A stretch of DNA of 64,000 nt from an uncultured Acidimicrobiaceae bacterium. GTDB lineage: Bacteria; Actinomycetota; Acidimicrobiia; Acidimicrobiales; RAAP-2. The notes under the pieces are model-generated. The model was not told where the DNA came from and searched no databases. It worked only from the letters and a program-made list of their open reading frames with translations. Positions within the stretch are counted from its first letter, which is position 1; each line of letters begins with the position of its first letter. Of the stretch, positions 35,750 to 44,802 are shown in pieces. The DNA lies in assembly GCA_963721585.1 (NCBI GenBank), contig CAVRJN010000009.1, positions 47,900-111,899 on the forward strand, in the 5' to 3' direction. The position numbers and the translations under genes were made by a program.

Positions 35750-36148
35750 GTGAGCGAACAAGAAGGCAGGCGCGCCGCCGGTATGGCGAAGATGCAGGAG
35801 GTCTACGGGTTCACCGTCGATCCTGCGGATCTGCCGGGGCGCTACACCGACGTGACCGTCGACCACCTCTTCGGGACGATATGGACCGACGACACCATTG
35901 AGCTGCGGGATCGGCGCATCTTGACCATCGGCGTCCTGGCGGCCCAGGACAAGCCGGAGCTCCTGGAGATCCAGTTCGAAAACGCGCTCCGGCGCGGGGA
36001 GCTGACCGTCGAGCAGATCCGTGAGGTCGTGGTTCACTTGACCCACTACATCGGCTGGCCCCTCTCCACCGGCGTCAGCGGAGCGGCCGAGACCGTCATC
36101 CGGCGGCAGGCCGCGGCCGCGGCCAGCGGCGGCGACGACGAGGCCTGA
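35750..36148 (+). CDS. carboxymuconolactone decarboxylase (AhpD-like) family protein
   Basis: 132 aa. DHLFGTIWTDDTIELRDRRILTIGVLAA and EVVVHLTHYIGWP are typical of the CMD family. Confidence 0.8.
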   Translation: MSEQEGRRAAGMAKMQEVYGFTVDPADLPGRYTDVTVDHLFGTIWTDDTIELRDRRILTIGVLAAQDKPELLEIQFENALRRGELTVEQIREVVVHLTHYIGWPLSTGVSGAAETVIRRQAAAAASGGDDEA

Positions 36149-36156
36149 GCCACGCC

Positions 36157-36933
36157 ATGACGTACAGCCGGATCGAGATTGACGAGGCGGCACCCGGGGT
36201 CCGCGTCATCGCCTTCAACCGTCCCGAGGTGCGCAACGCGTTCGACACCACCATGTACGAGGAGGTCACCGCCGCCCTGCGCGCCGCCGACAGCGACGAG
36301 ACGGTCGGGGCGGTCGTGCTCACAGGCCGCGGCACCGCCTTCACCTCCGGCCAGGACCTGGCCGAAATGGCGGCGATCGCCACCGGGACCGCCGTCGAGG
36401 GGGCGGGGCAGGGGTTCATGGGCCTGCTCGATTGCCTCATCGATCTGTCGGTGCCGCTGCTCGCCGCCGTCAACGGCGTCGCGGTCGGCCTCGGCTTCAC
36501 GCTTCTCCCCCATTGCAACCTCGTGCTGGTCGACGCCGAGGCGCGTCTGCGCGTCCCCTTCGCCGAGCTGGGAGTGCCTCCCGAGGCGGCCAGCAGCCTC
36601 CTCTTCCCCGCCCTGATGGGCTGGCAGCAGGCGGCGCGGGTGCTCCTGACATCGGACTGGGTGCACGCGCCCGAACTGGTCGAGCTCGGCGTGGCCCTCA
36701 AGGTGTGCGACGCCGGCACCGTGCTCGGCGAGACGGTCGCCCTGGCGACGCGGATCGCAGCGCACCCCCGCGGTGCCACCCGGGCCAGCAGCTCCCTCGT
36801 GCGGGCGGCTCGCCGCGACGCCGTGCTCGAGGCCAACCGCCGCGAGCAGGGCGCGTTTGCGTCGCTCTTGGGCAGCGCGGTCGGGAGCGGCACGCTTGCC
36901 GACTTCGCAGCCCGGCCCGCCGCCGGGTCCTGA
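36157..36933 (+). CDS. enoyl-CoA hydratase/isomerase (crotonase) family protein
   Basis: VIAFNRPEVRNAFD, AVVLTGRGTAFTSGQDL, LLAAVNGVAVGLGFTLL. Confidence 0.85.
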   Translation: MTYSRIEIDEAAPGVRVIAFNRPEVRNAFDTTMYEEVTAALRAADSDETVGAVVLTGRGTAFTSGQDLAEMAAIATGTAVEGAGQGFMGLLDCLIDLSVPLLAAVNGVAVGLGFTLLPHCNLVLVDAEARLRVPFAELGVPPEAASSLLFPALMGWQQAARVLLTSDWVHAPELVELGVALKVCDAGTVLGETVALATRIAAHPRGATRASSSLVRAARRDAVLEANRREQGAFASLLGSAVGSGTLADFAARPAAGS

Positions 36934-36935
36934 CC

Positions 36936-37790
36936 GTGCGCCTCGGCATCACCGCCGCCCTGACCGATACCGACCTGGCGCCCGCCGTCCTCGCCGCTGC
37001 GGTCGAAGAGCTGGGCTTCGACTCGCTCTACCTGCCCGAGCACACCCACTTGCCCGTCGAGGAGGACACACCCCCGGCGCTGGTGGGCGGGGTGCGCCTG
37101 GACGACTACAAGCGCTGCCTCGACCCGCTCGTCGCGCTCGGCACGGCCGCGTCGGTGACCTCGCGTATAGGGCTCGGCACCGGCATTCTGCTCGCCGCCC
37201 AGCACGAACCGATCCTGCTGGCCAAGCAGGTGGCCACCCTCGACCATCTCTCCGGAGGGCGGGTCACCCTCGGCGTCGGGTTCGGCTGGAACCGGACCGA
37301 GGCGGAGGACCACCGGGTCGACTGGCCCCGCCGTCACGACGTGGTGCGCGAGCACCTGGCGGCCATGGAGGCCATCTGGTCCGCCGATCAGGCCGAGTAC
37401 CACGGCGAGTTCGTCGACTTCGGGCCGGCATGGTCCTGGCCCAAGCCGGTGCAGCAACCGCGCGTACGGACGCTCATCGGCGGTGGCGCCGGCGACGCGG
37501 TGCTCACGGCGGTCGTGGAGTACGCCGACGGCTGGATCCCCATCGGCGGCAGCGGCCTGGGCACAGCCCTCCCGCGCCTGCACGCGCTGGCCGAGAAGGC
37601 CGGACGTGACCCCGCCGCGCTGTCCGTCGTCCCCTTCGGGACCATCGCCGACCAGGGCAAGCTCGAGCACTACGCCGGGCTCGGGATCACCGAGGTGGTG
37701 CTCCGGGTGCGGGCGGGCGACGAGCGGTCCGTGCGGGCGGAGTTGGAATCACTGGCACCGCTCCTCCCCATTGCGTCCACACTGGAGTAA
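36936..37790 (+). CDS. LLM-class F420-dependent oxidoreductase
   Basis: GTG 3 nt after the crotonase stop. FDSLYLPEHTHLP, LAKQVATLDHLSGGRVTLGVGFGWN, LIGGGAGDAVL. Confidence 0.85.
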   Translation: MRLGITAALTDTDLAPAVLAAAVEELGFDSLYLPEHTHLPVEEDTPPALVGGVRLDDYKRCLDPLVALGTAASVTSRIGLGTGILLAAQHEPILLAKQVATLDHLSGGRVTLGVGFGWNRTEAEDHRVDWPRRHDVVREHLAAMEAIWSADQAEYHGEFVDFGPAWSWPKPVQQPRVRTLIGGGAGDAVLTAVVEYADGWIPIGGSGLGTALPRLHALAEKAGRDPAALSVVPFGTIADQGKLEHYAGLGITEVVLRVRAGDERSVRAELESLAPLLPIASTLE

Positions 37791-37792
37791 CC

Positions 37793-39028
37793 ATGACCGA
37801 CCTCATCGACGACACCATCCCGAGACTCGGGAGCACCACGCCGCTCCCGAAGATCATCAGCGTCGACGACCACATCGTCGAGCCGCCCCATCTGTGGGAC
37901 ACTTGGCTGCCGGCGCGCTACCGCGACCGTGGCCCCAAGGCGGAACGCCGCGGCATCGGCGCCATGGAGCACATCGGCGGCGGGGCGTACCGCCAGTCCT
38001 TCGACCCGGAGGGCCCCGAGGCCGACTGCTGGGTCTACGAGGACCTCGTCTACATCAACAAGCGCCATGTGGCGGCCGTGGGCTTCGACCGTGACGACAT
38101 GACGATGTCGCCCATCACCTACGACGAAATGCGACCCGGTTGCTACGAACCCAAGGCGCGCGTCGCTGACAACGAGGCCAACTGGGTGGAAGCCAGCCTG
38201 TGCTTCCCGACCTTCCCCCGCTTCTGCGGCCAGACCTTCCTGGAGGCCAAGGACAAGGAGCTGGCCGAGGCCTGCGTCGTCGCCTACAACGACTTCATGG
38301 TCGAGGAGTGGTGCGGCGACAGCGGAGGCAAGCTGCTCCCGCTGTGCATCATTCCGTTGTGGGACGCTCAGAAGGCGGCCGGCGAGGTGCGGCGCAACGC
38401 CGCCCGCGGCGTCCGTGCCGTGTGCTTCAGCGAGATCCCGCCCCACCTCGGGCTGCCCAGCATCCACAGCGGATACTGGGATCCGTTCTTCGCCGCCTGC
38501 GAGGAGACGCGCACGGTGGTGAGCATGCACATCGGCTCGTCGTCGAAGATGCCGGCAACGTCTGCTGACGCGCCGGTGGCGGTCGCAGCCGCGCTCAGCT
38601 TCGGCAACGCGATGTCATCGCTGTGCGACTTCCTCTTCTCAGGCGTCCTCATCCGCTTCCCCCGCCTCGTCCTGGCCTACTCGGAGGGACAGATCGGCTG
38701 GTTGCCGTACATCCTCGAGCGGGTGGACGACGTCTGGCGTGAGCACCGCGCCTGGGGTGGCGTGAAGGACATCGTGCCGGAACCGCCGTCCACCTACTTC
38801 CACCGCCAGGTCTATGGCTGCTTCTTCCGCGATCAGCACGGGCTGGACTCGCTCGGGGTGATCGGTGCCGACCGCGTCACGTTCGAGACCGACTACCCCC
38901 ACACGGACTCGACCTGGCCCGACACGCGTGCCGTGGCGGAACAGTTGGTCAAGAACCTCTCCGACGAGGAGGTGTACCGGATCATGCGGGGCAACGCCAT
39001 TGCGATGCTCGGCCTGGAAGGCCCGTGA
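37793..39028 (+). CDS. amidohydrolase family protein (amidohydrolase_2 / ACMSD-like)
   Basis: IISVDDHIVEPPHLW (metal-binding HxH-type start), VSMHIGSS, FETDYPHTDSTWP. Confidence 0.85.
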   Translation: MTDLIDDTIPRLGSTTPLPKIISVDDHIVEPPHLWDTWLPARYRDRGPKAERRGIGAMEHIGGGAYRQSFDPEGPEADCWVYEDLVYINKRHVAAVGFDRDDMTMSPITYDEMRPGCYEPKARVADNEANWVEASLCFPTFPRFCGQTFLEAKDKELAEACVVAYNDFMVEEWCGDSGGKLLPLCIIPLWDAQKAAGEVRRNAARGVRAVCFSEIPPHLGLPSIHSGYWDPFFAACEETRTVVSMHIGSSSKMPATSADAPVAVAAALSFGNAMSSLCDFLFSGVLIRFPRLVLAYSEGQIGWLPYILERVDDVWREHRAWGGVKDIVPEPPSTYFHRQVYGCFFRDQHGLDSLGVIGADRVTFETDYPHTDSTWPDTRAVAEQLVKNLSDEEVYRIMRGNAIAMLGLEGP

Positions 39029-40284
39029 AGCTCGGGGATATCGTCAACCCCGAGGCGGAACGCTGGGGCAAGCCGCTCACCGGTGTGCGCATTCTCGCCC
39101 TCGAGCAGATGCAGGCGCTGCCCTACGCCACCCAACTGCTTGGGCGCCTCGGCGCCGAGGTGGTCAAGGTCGAGTCACCCGGCACCGGCGACCTGGGGCG
39201 ATCGTCCTCGCCCGCGCTGACCGACCCCGACGGGCGCGCCGTAGGTGCCACCTTCCTGCGCAACAACCTGTCGAAGCGCTCCATCGTCGTCGACCTCAAA
39301 CAGCCGGCCGGGCGCGACCTCGTGCTGCGGCTGGCGCCGCGCTTCGACGTCGTGGCGGAGAACTTTCGCGCCGGTGCCATTGAGCGCCTGGGTCTGGGCT
39401 ACGAAGACATCGCCGGCGTGCACCCCGGTGTCGTCTATCTCTCCATCTCGGGCTTCGGCCACGCGGTGCCGGCGGGCACCCCGGACTCGCCCTACGCCGG
39501 CTGGCCGGCGCTGGCCTCCATCGTCGAAGCGATGAGCGGCGCCTACGAGTTCAAGCGCCCGGAGGGCCAACCGCCGATCGGCTCGCCCATGGGAGGCCTC
39601 GGCGACATCGTGACCGCGCTCTTCGCCGTCATCGGCACCCAGGCCGCCCTGCGCCAGCGTGACCGCACCGGCCGGGGCCAGCGCGTCGACGTCGCCATGC
39701 TCGACGCCCTGGTCGCCGTGCTCGACGTCGTGCCGAACTTCTGGTCCATGGGCATGCCGATGGGGACGCCATGGCCGGGCATCCTCCATGGCTTCCGGGC
39801 CGCCGACGGCTGGTTCATGCTGCAGGTCTTGCGGCCCCACCAGTGGCCCGACCTGGCCCGCGCCATCGGGCGGCCGGAATGGGCCGACGACGCGCGCTTC
39901 GCCACGCCTCAGGGTTGGCTCGACCATCTGGACTCGGACATCCGGCCCGCCCTGGAGTCGTGGGCGAGCACCATGTCCAAGCGGGAGGCCTGCGACGCCC
40001 TGAATGCGGCCGGGCTCGTGGCGGGACCGGTGGCCAACGACGAGGAGGTGGTGGCCGACCCGCACCTGGCGGGGCGCCACATGCTCGTCGAGCACCCGCG
40101 TCCCGACGGCGTCGTCCAACCCGTGTTGATCCCCGGGCTCCCGGTGAAGTTCGCCGAGGTGGCCGAAGGCCCCGAGTCGCGGGTGCCCTGGCTCGGGGAG
40201 CACACCGATGACGTCCTCGCCGACGAGCTGGGCCTCGGTGCGCCCGAGCTGGCCGACCTGCGGGAGGCCGGCGTCATCGCGTAA
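39025..40284 (+). CDS. CoA transferase (family III, CaiB/BaiF)
   Basis: PLTGVRILALEQMQALPYATQLLGRLGAEVVKVESPGTGDLGR is the family III signature N-terminus. 4-nt overlap with the upstream gene. Confidence 0.85.
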   Translation: MKLGDIVNPEAERWGKPLTGVRILALEQMQALPYATQLLGRLGAEVVKVESPGTGDLGRSSSPALTDPDGRAVGATFLRNNLSKRSIVVDLKQPAGRDLVLRLAPRFDVVAENFRAGAIERLGLGYEDIAGVHPGVVYLSISGFGHAVPAGTPDSPYAGWPALASIVEAMSGAYEFKRPEGQPPIGSPMGGLGDIVTALFAVIGTQAALRQRDRTGRGQRVDVAMLDALVAVLDVVPNFWSMGMPMGTPWPGILHGFRAADGWFMLQVLRPHQWPDLARAIGRPEWADDARFATPQGWLDHLDSDIRPALESWASTMSKREACDALNAAGLVAGPVANDEEVVADPHLAGRHMLVEHPRPDGVVQPVLIPGLPVKFAEVAEGPESRVPWLGEHTDDVLADELGLGAPELADLREAGVIA

Positions 40285-40310
40285 GACCTGCGCGCTCCGC
40301 CCGCCGGCAC

Positions 40311-40340
40311 CAGTGGCAGTGGCAGTGGCGGGGGCAGTGG
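40311..40340. repeat. hexanucleotide repeat (cagtgg x3, cggggg, cagtgg)
   Basis: Read directly. Lies in the convergent intergenic gap 40285-40380. Confidence 0.9.
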
Positions 40341-40380
40341 CCGACCTCAGCCGCTCGGCTGCCACGAAGTGACGCTGTGC

Positions 40381-41064
40381 TCAGTAGCGCGGCAGGGCTA
40401 TGAATGCGACGAGGTAGGCGAAGAGCCCCGCGCCCACCAGCGTGCAGGCGTGGAACACCTCGTGGAAGCCGAAGACGCGCGGCCATGGGTCCGGCTTCTT
40501 GCGCGCGTAGACCACCGCCCCGACCGTGTAGGACAACCCTGCCGAGAGCATCAGCGCGAAGCCGGCCCAGCCGAGGCTGCGCACCAACTGCGGCGCCACG
40601 ATGATGGGGCACCAGCCCACGAGCACGTAAGGGATGGCGACCACCCACTGCGGAGCGTCGAGGAACGTCTGGCGCAGCGCGATGCCGGCCGCCGCGCCGG
40701 CCCACACCAAGGAGAGGATGAGCACCTCGGCCCACCCCCGCAACGCCAGCCCGGCTACCGCCGTGCACGTCCCGGCGATCCCTACGAAGATCGCGCTGTG
40801 GTCGGCGCGTCGCATGCGGCGCCACGCCGGGGCGGACCAGCGCAGCCGGTGAAAGGCCGCGCTGGTGCCGAACATCACAAGCATGCCGGCGACGTAAATA
40901 GCGAGTTCCGTCGACGCCGCGGCGTCGGGCCCGGCGGCGATCAGGAAGGGCCCGCCGATCAGCCAGGCGAAGAACGCGCCGACATGCAGCCAGCCCCGCA
41001 GCAGCGGGCGCTCGCCGCGGTTGTCGGCCGACCCGCCCTGCTCGCCCTGGGCGAGAACGGTCAC
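40381..41064 (-). CDS. hemolysin III family (PAQR) membrane protein
   Basis: 7-TM pattern with SAAFHRL, RRADHSAIFVGIAGT, and FGFHEVFHACTLVGAG. GTG 41064 overlaps the serB stop (GTGA). The ORF-track extension to 41787 was rejected. Confidence 0.85.
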   Translation of the reverse strand: MTVLAQGEQGGSADNRGERPLLRGWLHVGAFFAWLIGGPFLIAAGPDAAASTELAIYVAGMLVMFGTSAAFHRLRWSAPAWRRMRRADHSAIFVGIAGTCTAVAGLALRGWAEVLILSLVWAGAAAGIALRQTFLDAPQWVVAIPYVLVGWCPIIVAPQLVRSLGWAGFALMLSAGLSYTVGAVVYARKKPDPWPRVFGFHEVFHACTLVGAGLFAYLVAFIALPRY

Positions 41065-42263
41065 ACCCCCCTCTCTTCCTCCAGCCTGTCTGCCTGCTCC
41101 ACCTCGCGTCGCGAGATTCCCAGCAGGAAGAGTATGGCGTCGAGGTAGGGCACGCTCAGTGCAGCGTCGGCCGCCTCGCGCACGACCGGTTTGGCGTTGA
41201 AGGCGATGCCGAGGCCGGCGGCTGCCAGCATGTCGATGTCGTTGGCGCCGTCGCCCACTGCGATGGTGCGCGCCACCGGCACGCCCGCCGCCGCCGCGAA
41301 CGTCACCAGCGCCGCCGCCTTCCCGGCCCGGTCGACGATGGCTCCGGCCAACTCCCCCGTGACGACTCCCCCGTCCACGACGAGCTCGTTGGCGGCCAGG
41401 TGGTCGATGCCGAGCTCGGTCACCAGCGGGCCGATCAGCTGGGTGAAGCCGCCGCTCACCACCGCCAGCTCGTAGCCGAGCCGTTTGAGGGTGCGCACCA
41501 GGGTCCGTGCGCCCGGGGTGAGCACAATGCCGTCGCGCACTGCTTCGAGGTCCCCTTGTTTGAGACCGGCCAGGAGTCGCACCCGTTGGCGCAGCGCTTC
41601 GCCGAAATCGACCTCTCCCGCCATGGCGGCCTCGGTGACCGCGGCCACCTCGGAGCCACACCCGCAACGTTCCGCCAGCAGGTCGATCATCTCCCCCTGC
41701 AACAAGGTGGAGTCGGCGTCCAACACGATCAGGTGCTTGGCCCGGCGGTGCAGTCCGGCCGCCTGCACGGCGACATCGACCTGGCAACGCGCGGCCGCCT
41801 CAGCCAGCGCCCGTCGCAAAGCGCCGACGTCGGCGCCGGCCACCGAGAACTCGTAGCTGTGCACCGGGTACGCGGCCAGGCGCACGATCCGCACGATGTT
41901 GCCGCCGCAGCGTGCGATCGACCCCGTCACCGTCTCGAGCGTCGCCGCATCGATCTCCGGTGCCAGCAGCGTGACCAGATGGCCTTCGGCGACGTCGTCC
42001 ATCGCCGCTTCGACCAGAGGGTCGACCGTCACCTCCACGCCGGCGCCGGCCAAGCGGTCCTCCAGCAGGGCGTGCACGGGTCCTGCTTCCGCCCGCACCA
42101 TGTCGGCCTCCACGCACAGCAGCAGCCGGCCGTGCACCCGCACCTGTTCCACGTCGTCCACATGGATACCGCGCTCGGCAAGCGCGGCGAAGAGGTGCTC
42201 GGAGATACCCGGGCCGTCCTGCCCGCTCACCGTCACCAGGAACGGCGCGGGCGCCCCGGTCAT
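41061..42263 (-). CDS. serB: phosphoserine phosphatase SerB (ACT-ACT-HAD)
   Basis: HAD motifs LIVLDADSTLLQGE (DxDxT) and AVGDGANDIDML. An N-terminal about 180 aa resembles two ACT domains, as in mycobacterial SerB2. Confidence 0.85.
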   Translation of the reverse strand: MTGAPAPFLVTVSGQDGPGISEHLFAALAERGIHVDDVEQVRVHGRLLLCVEADMVRAEAGPVHALLEDRLAGAGVEVTVDPLVEAAMDDVAEGHLVTLLAPEIDAATLETVTGSIARCGGNIVRIVRLAAYPVHSYEFSVAGADVGALRRALAEAAARCQVDVAVQAAGLHRRAKHLIVLDADSTLLQGEMIDLLAERCGCGSEVAAVTEAAMAGEVDFGEALRQRVRLLAGLKQGDLEAVRDGIVLTPGARTLVRTLKRLGYELAVVSGGFTQLIGPLVTELGIDHLAANELVVDGGVVTGELAGAIVDRAGKAAALVTFAAAAGVPVARTIAVGDGANDIDMLAAAGLGIAFNAKPVVREAADAALSVPYLDAILFLLGISRREVEQADRLEEERGV

Positions 42264-42949
42264 GGACGCGCGACGTCCTTCTCCGTGACCCAGCCCGAGC
42301 CCTCCACCCAGCGCTTGACCACGCGCGCCGGCACGCCGGCGACCACGCAGCGGTCCGGGACATCCCCGCGCACCACGGCACCGGCGGCCACCACGACGTG
42401 TTCACCGATCTGCGCCCCGGGAAGGACGATGGCGTTGGCACCCAGCCAGCTGCCGGAACCGATGCGCACCGGTGCCTCGGTCGGCCACTGGCGTCCGATT
42501 GGCTCGACAGGGTCCTCGTAGGAGTGGTTCTGGTCCGTGATGTAGACGTAGGGGCCCGTCTGGATGTCATCGCCGATCACGATCTCCCAGTGGCCGACGA
42601 TGTGCGAGCCGCGCCCGATCAGGGTGCGGCTCCCAATGGAGACGACCGGATCGGTCGGCATCTCCTGCCCGGGAGCCATCCCGGCTGAAATGGAGGCGCC
42701 GGGTCCGACGATCGTCTCTGCCCCGATGTGGATCAGGTGCTCGTTGTAGATGGCGCCCTGGGGGAAGAGCAGGCAGGCGCCCGCGCCCATCCGTCCGAAC
42801 CGGCGCCCCCGGGGATCGTCGGGGCCGATCGCCCCCAGATCGGCGGCACCCTCCCAGGCCGCGTGGACCAGACGCGACAGCGGCCGCCGGAGCGGTGCGG
42901 GAAGGGAGCGGGCCCAGCTCACGCACGAATCGTAGGTGGTGTCGCCCAC
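42260..42949 (-). CDS. hexapeptide-repeat (LbH) acyltransferase
   Basis: Repeats IGSRTLIGRGSHIVGHWEIVIGDDIQTG and IGSGSWLGANAIVLPGAQIGEHVVVAAGAVV. Confidence 0.75.
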   Translation of the reverse strand: MGDTTYDSCVSWARSLPAPLRRPLSRLVHAAWEGAADLGAIGPDDPRGRRFGRMGAGACLLFPQGAIYNEHLIHIGAETIVGPGASISAGMAPGQEMPTDPVVSIGSRTLIGRGSHIVGHWEIVIGDDIQTGPYVYITDQNHSYEDPVEPIGRQWPTEAPVRIGSGSWLGANAIVLPGAQIGEHVVVAAGAVVRGDVPDRCVVAGVPARVVKRWVEGSGWVTEKDVARP

Positions 42950-43004
42950 CCCCTCGTCACCGGTCCGCCGGAGCCGCCGGAAGGTACGGGGCTAACCTCT
43001 GTGC

Positions 43005-44711
43005 GTGCAGCCCCTCCCACCGGACGGTGGCTCCGACCCCGTGCCACCACCGTCTCAGCGTCCCATCGACCGTCGCCAGTTCCTGCAACTGTCCGCGCTC
43101 GGTGCCGCCGGGTTCGCCGGGGCCACCCGCCTGGGCAAGAAGGACCCCAAGCAGAGCGTGCCGGCACGGGCCAGACGCCACGGCCCGACGCACGCCGCGG
43201 TCGTGGCCAAGAAGCTGCCCAGCGGCGTCATCGTGCCGACGGCACCCTGGCTGATCGCCGAGAACGCGAAACCGGGCACGCTGAATTGGATCTGCAACCA
43301 CAACCAGCCCGAGCACGCGCTCGAGGGCTTCGCCAGCCAGGTCAGCGCGGTGCCCGGCGACGACGTGGCGGTGTTCGTCAACACCACCGCCAACGCCGTC
43401 CAGGTGCAGGCCTACCGGATGGGCTTCTACCAGGGTCTCGGCGGGCGCCTCGTCATGCAGACGGACTTCCTCCCGGCCAGGGTCCAGGCCGCGCCGGTGG
43501 TCACTCCCGGCATCGGCACGGTCACCTGCCCGTGGTCGCCCACGCTCACCCTCAACATCACGACGGACTGGCCTCCCGGTTGTTACCTCCTGAAGCTCGT
43601 CGGTGACGGCGGCGAGGAGCAGTTCGTTCCCCTCACCGTCCGCGACGACGCCTCCATGGCCTCGTACGTGCTCCAGAACAGCGTCACCACCTGGCAGGCC
43701 TACAACCTCTGGGGGAGCTACAGCCTCTACTACGGGCCCGACAGCAAAGGCCGGTCGCTCTTTGCCAACCGCGCCCGGGCCGTCTCCTTCGACCGTCCCT
43801 ACCCGCAGACCTGGGCCTCGGGCGCCGCTGACTTCGTGGGCAACGAATTGCCGCTGTTGTCCCACCTCGAGAGCCTCGGCCTGGACATGACCTACTGGAC
43901 CGACGTCGACCTGCACGCCCGGCCGCAGCTCCTCACGAACCACAAGTGCCTCTTCAGCCTGGGCCACGACGAGTACTGGTCCCAGCCGATGCGCCAAGCA
44001 GCATCCACGGCCAGCGCCGGGGGAGTCAACCTCGCCTTTCTGGGGGCAAACGCCTGCTACCGCCAGATCCGGCTCCAATCGACCTCTGTCGGCCCCAATC
44101 GCCTGCAGGTCTGTTACAAGGACGCCGCTGAGGACCCGATCACAGGCCAGCAACCGGCACTCACCACAGTCAACTGGAACCAGGCACCGCTCAACGATCC
44201 CGAATCGACCCTCATCGGCTCCATGTACCAGTCGGTCGGGGCCAAGGCCGACATGGTGGTCACCGACGCGTCGTCGTGGTTCTACGACGGGTGCAACCTC
44301 ACCGACGGCCAGGCCTTCAGCACGGTCATCCTCGGCGAGTACGACCGCTACGTACCGTCCCTTCCGGGACCGAAGAACGCCGACGTGCTCGCCCACTCAC
44401 CTGTCCCCGGCCAAGGCAACTGGTCCGACATCACCTACTACACAGCGCCGGGGGACGGCGGGGGTGTGCTGGCCAGCGGCTCGGCCAGTTTCGTGTCGCT
44501 GCTCGGGAATACCGGGGCGATCCCTCCGAACGTCATCGTCCCTGCCATTCCGGGGGTGACCGACGTGATCCGCCGCGCCATGGAAAACGTCTACGGCCGG
44601 TTCGGCCTGGGCCCGGCCACCTCCTACGGCAGTTCGAGCGGGAATTGGGCGGACGTCTACACCGGGGCCGCCGCCGGCGCGGGAAGCGCCGCCGGTACCC
44701 CCTCGGCCTGA
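43005..44711 (+). CDS. Tat-exported protein with N,N-dimethylformamidase beta-subunit-like domain
   Basis: Tat motif DRRQFLQLSALGAAGFAGA. TTWQAYNLWGSYSLYYG, SLGHDEYWS and GVNLAFLGANACYRQIR match my recollection of this family. Confidence 0.7.
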   Translation: MQPLPPDGGSDPVPPPSQRPIDRRQFLQLSALGAAGFAGATRLGKKDPKQSVPARARRHGPTHAAVVAKKLPSGVIVPTAPWLIAENAKPGTLNWICNHNQPEHALEGFASQVSAVPGDDVAVFVNTTANAVQVQAYRMGFYQGLGGRLVMQTDFLPARVQAAPVVTPGIGTVTCPWSPTLTLNITTDWPPGCYLLKLVGDGGEEQFVPLTVRDDASMASYVLQNSVTTWQAYNLWGSYSLYYGPDSKGRSLFANRARAVSFDRPYPQTWASGAADFVGNELPLLSHLESLGLDMTYWTDVDLHARPQLLTNHKCLFSLGHDEYWSQPMRQAASTASAGGVNLAFLGANACYRQIRLQSTSVGPNRLQVCYKDAAEDPITGQQPALTTVNWNQAPLNDPESTLIGSMYQSVGAKADMVVTDASSWFYDGCNLTDGQAFSTVILGEYDRYVPSLPGPKNADVLAHSPVPGQGNWSDITYYTAPGDGGGVLASGSASFVSLLGNTGAIPPNVIVPAIPGVTDVIRRAMENVYGRFGLGPATSYGSSSGNWADVYTGAAAGAGSAAGTPSA

Positions 44712-44802
44712 TCCTTCGCGCGTTCTGAGCCGGGTCACGCGCCCCGCCGTAGCGGGATGCCACCACTTTCGGACTCGGCCCCCGTACGATCGACGCTCAG
44801 CG

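Noticed and set aside
41065-41787. 468-aa version of the hemolysin III ORF
   Set aside because: The extension overlaps serB out of frame and is Arg/Gly-rich. The GTG at 41064 gives a normal 227-aa PAQR protein.
42957-44396. 479-aa minus-strand ORF
   Set aside because: It is antisense to the Tat-exported DMF-amidase-like gene, which has a clear signal peptide and family motifs.
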